A stretch of 64,000 nt of DNA from the human T2T-CHM13v2.0 reference genome, Homo sapiens. The notes below the pieces were generated by a model. The model did no database searches. It worked only from the letters and a program-made list of their open reading frames with translations, and had not been told where the DNA came from. Position numbers and translations under genes: made by a program. The DNA is taken from NCBI RefSeq assembly GCF_009914755.1, contig NC_060925.1, one strand, 5' to 3'. Below, in pieces: positions 63,136 through 64,000 of this stretch (the first letter of the stretch is position 1; every line of letters starts with the position of its first letter).

Positions 63136-63437
63136 GGTCCAGGCCAAGTGACTCATGCCTGTAATCTCAGCACTTTGGGAGGCAAAGATGTGAGGATCAC
63201 TTGAGGTCAGGAGTTTGAGACCACCCGGGCAACATAGAGAGACCCCATCTTTACACAAAATTTAAAAATTTGGCTGGCACGGTTGTGACCCCCTATAGTC
63301 CCAGTTGCTTGAGAGGCTGAGGCTGGAGGATCACTTCAGCCCCGGAGCTCAAGGTTACAGTGAGCTATGATTGCACCACTGCACTCCAGCCTGGGTGACA
63401 GAGTGAGGCCTTGTCTTAAAAAAAAAAAAAAAAAAAA
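63136..63437 (+). mobile_element. AluJ
   Basis: Full dimer with A-tail; AAAGCCCA flanks. Confidence 0.9.
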
Positions 63438-64000
63438 GCCCAGCAAGATCTACAAGATCTAGACAAGGGAAGGAAAAGGAGCAGCAGCAGAGGATTCTGG
63501 AGTGAGCAGTGGTGTGGCAGGGGTGCAGACCATGCCCATGGAACAGACAATTAGTGGCAGGAAAAGCTAACGTTTACTGAGCACTTACTATGTGCAGTAC
63601 ATGCATTTCACTGACCCCTCTCAGTCTTCCCATAAGGACAGTGCTGTTATCATCCCCAAGGATGGGGGAGAAAGCTGAGGTTTAGATGATTGTAGTCACA
63701 TAAGAGCCAGAGCTGAGGCCAGAGCCAAGGTTGCAGCTCAGGCCGCTAGCTCCAGTCATTAACATCATTGTCAAGCTCCCCAGTTTACAAAACCCTCCTA
63801 GGACCAGGGTCTTGCCAGACCCTTCTAGCTGCTTTATGGTCATGGTTTCTGATCTGGTGATGGGGAGAGAGGCTCAGCCTGAGCCAGTGCTTGTGGCCAC
63901 TCAGCTCAGGAGTGAATGTCCCCCGTGCTGGAGGCATCCACAGCAGGTCCTTGCCGCTGTCCCTGCTGCTCACTTAGTGCAGCATGTTGCTGTGTGTCAT

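Overview
Primate (human-like) genomic DNA, not prokaryotic. The window holds the 3' part of SCP2 (sterol carrier protein X/2) on the + strand. Five coding exons at 10395-10548, 23474-23576, 34420-34549, 43361-43440 and 46112-46207 splice in frame and encode the end of the thiolase domain (QHNLGIGG), the pre-SCP2 start (MGFPEAASS..., ATG 10526) and the SCP2 domain ending in the PTS1 signal AKL. About 10 kb past the SCP2 3' UTR lies a CpG-island promoter with the 5' exons of PODN (podocan), recognised from remembered N-termini MEGARARG... and MEGEEAEQPAW; the main PODN coding exons lie beyond the window. The rest is mostly repeats: a full-length but inactivated L1PA (about L1PA5) inserted into a solo HERV-H LTR7, MER21 and MER39B LTRs, about 35 Alus, old L1M/L2/MIR, MLT1 and hAT (MER58A, MER33) elements. 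I see no CRISPR array, rRNA, tRNA or clearly new gene system. The best leads are regulatory: sense-oriented L1/LTR7 just upstream of the internal SCP2 promoter, a strong-context in-frame CUG upstream of the SCP2 AUG, competing inverted Alus around a frameshifting skippable exon, a splice-controlled uORF versus N-terminal-extension switch in PODN, and two palindromic template-switch-like scars. Exon numbering and repeat subfamily calls are from memory of consensus sequences, not from database searches.
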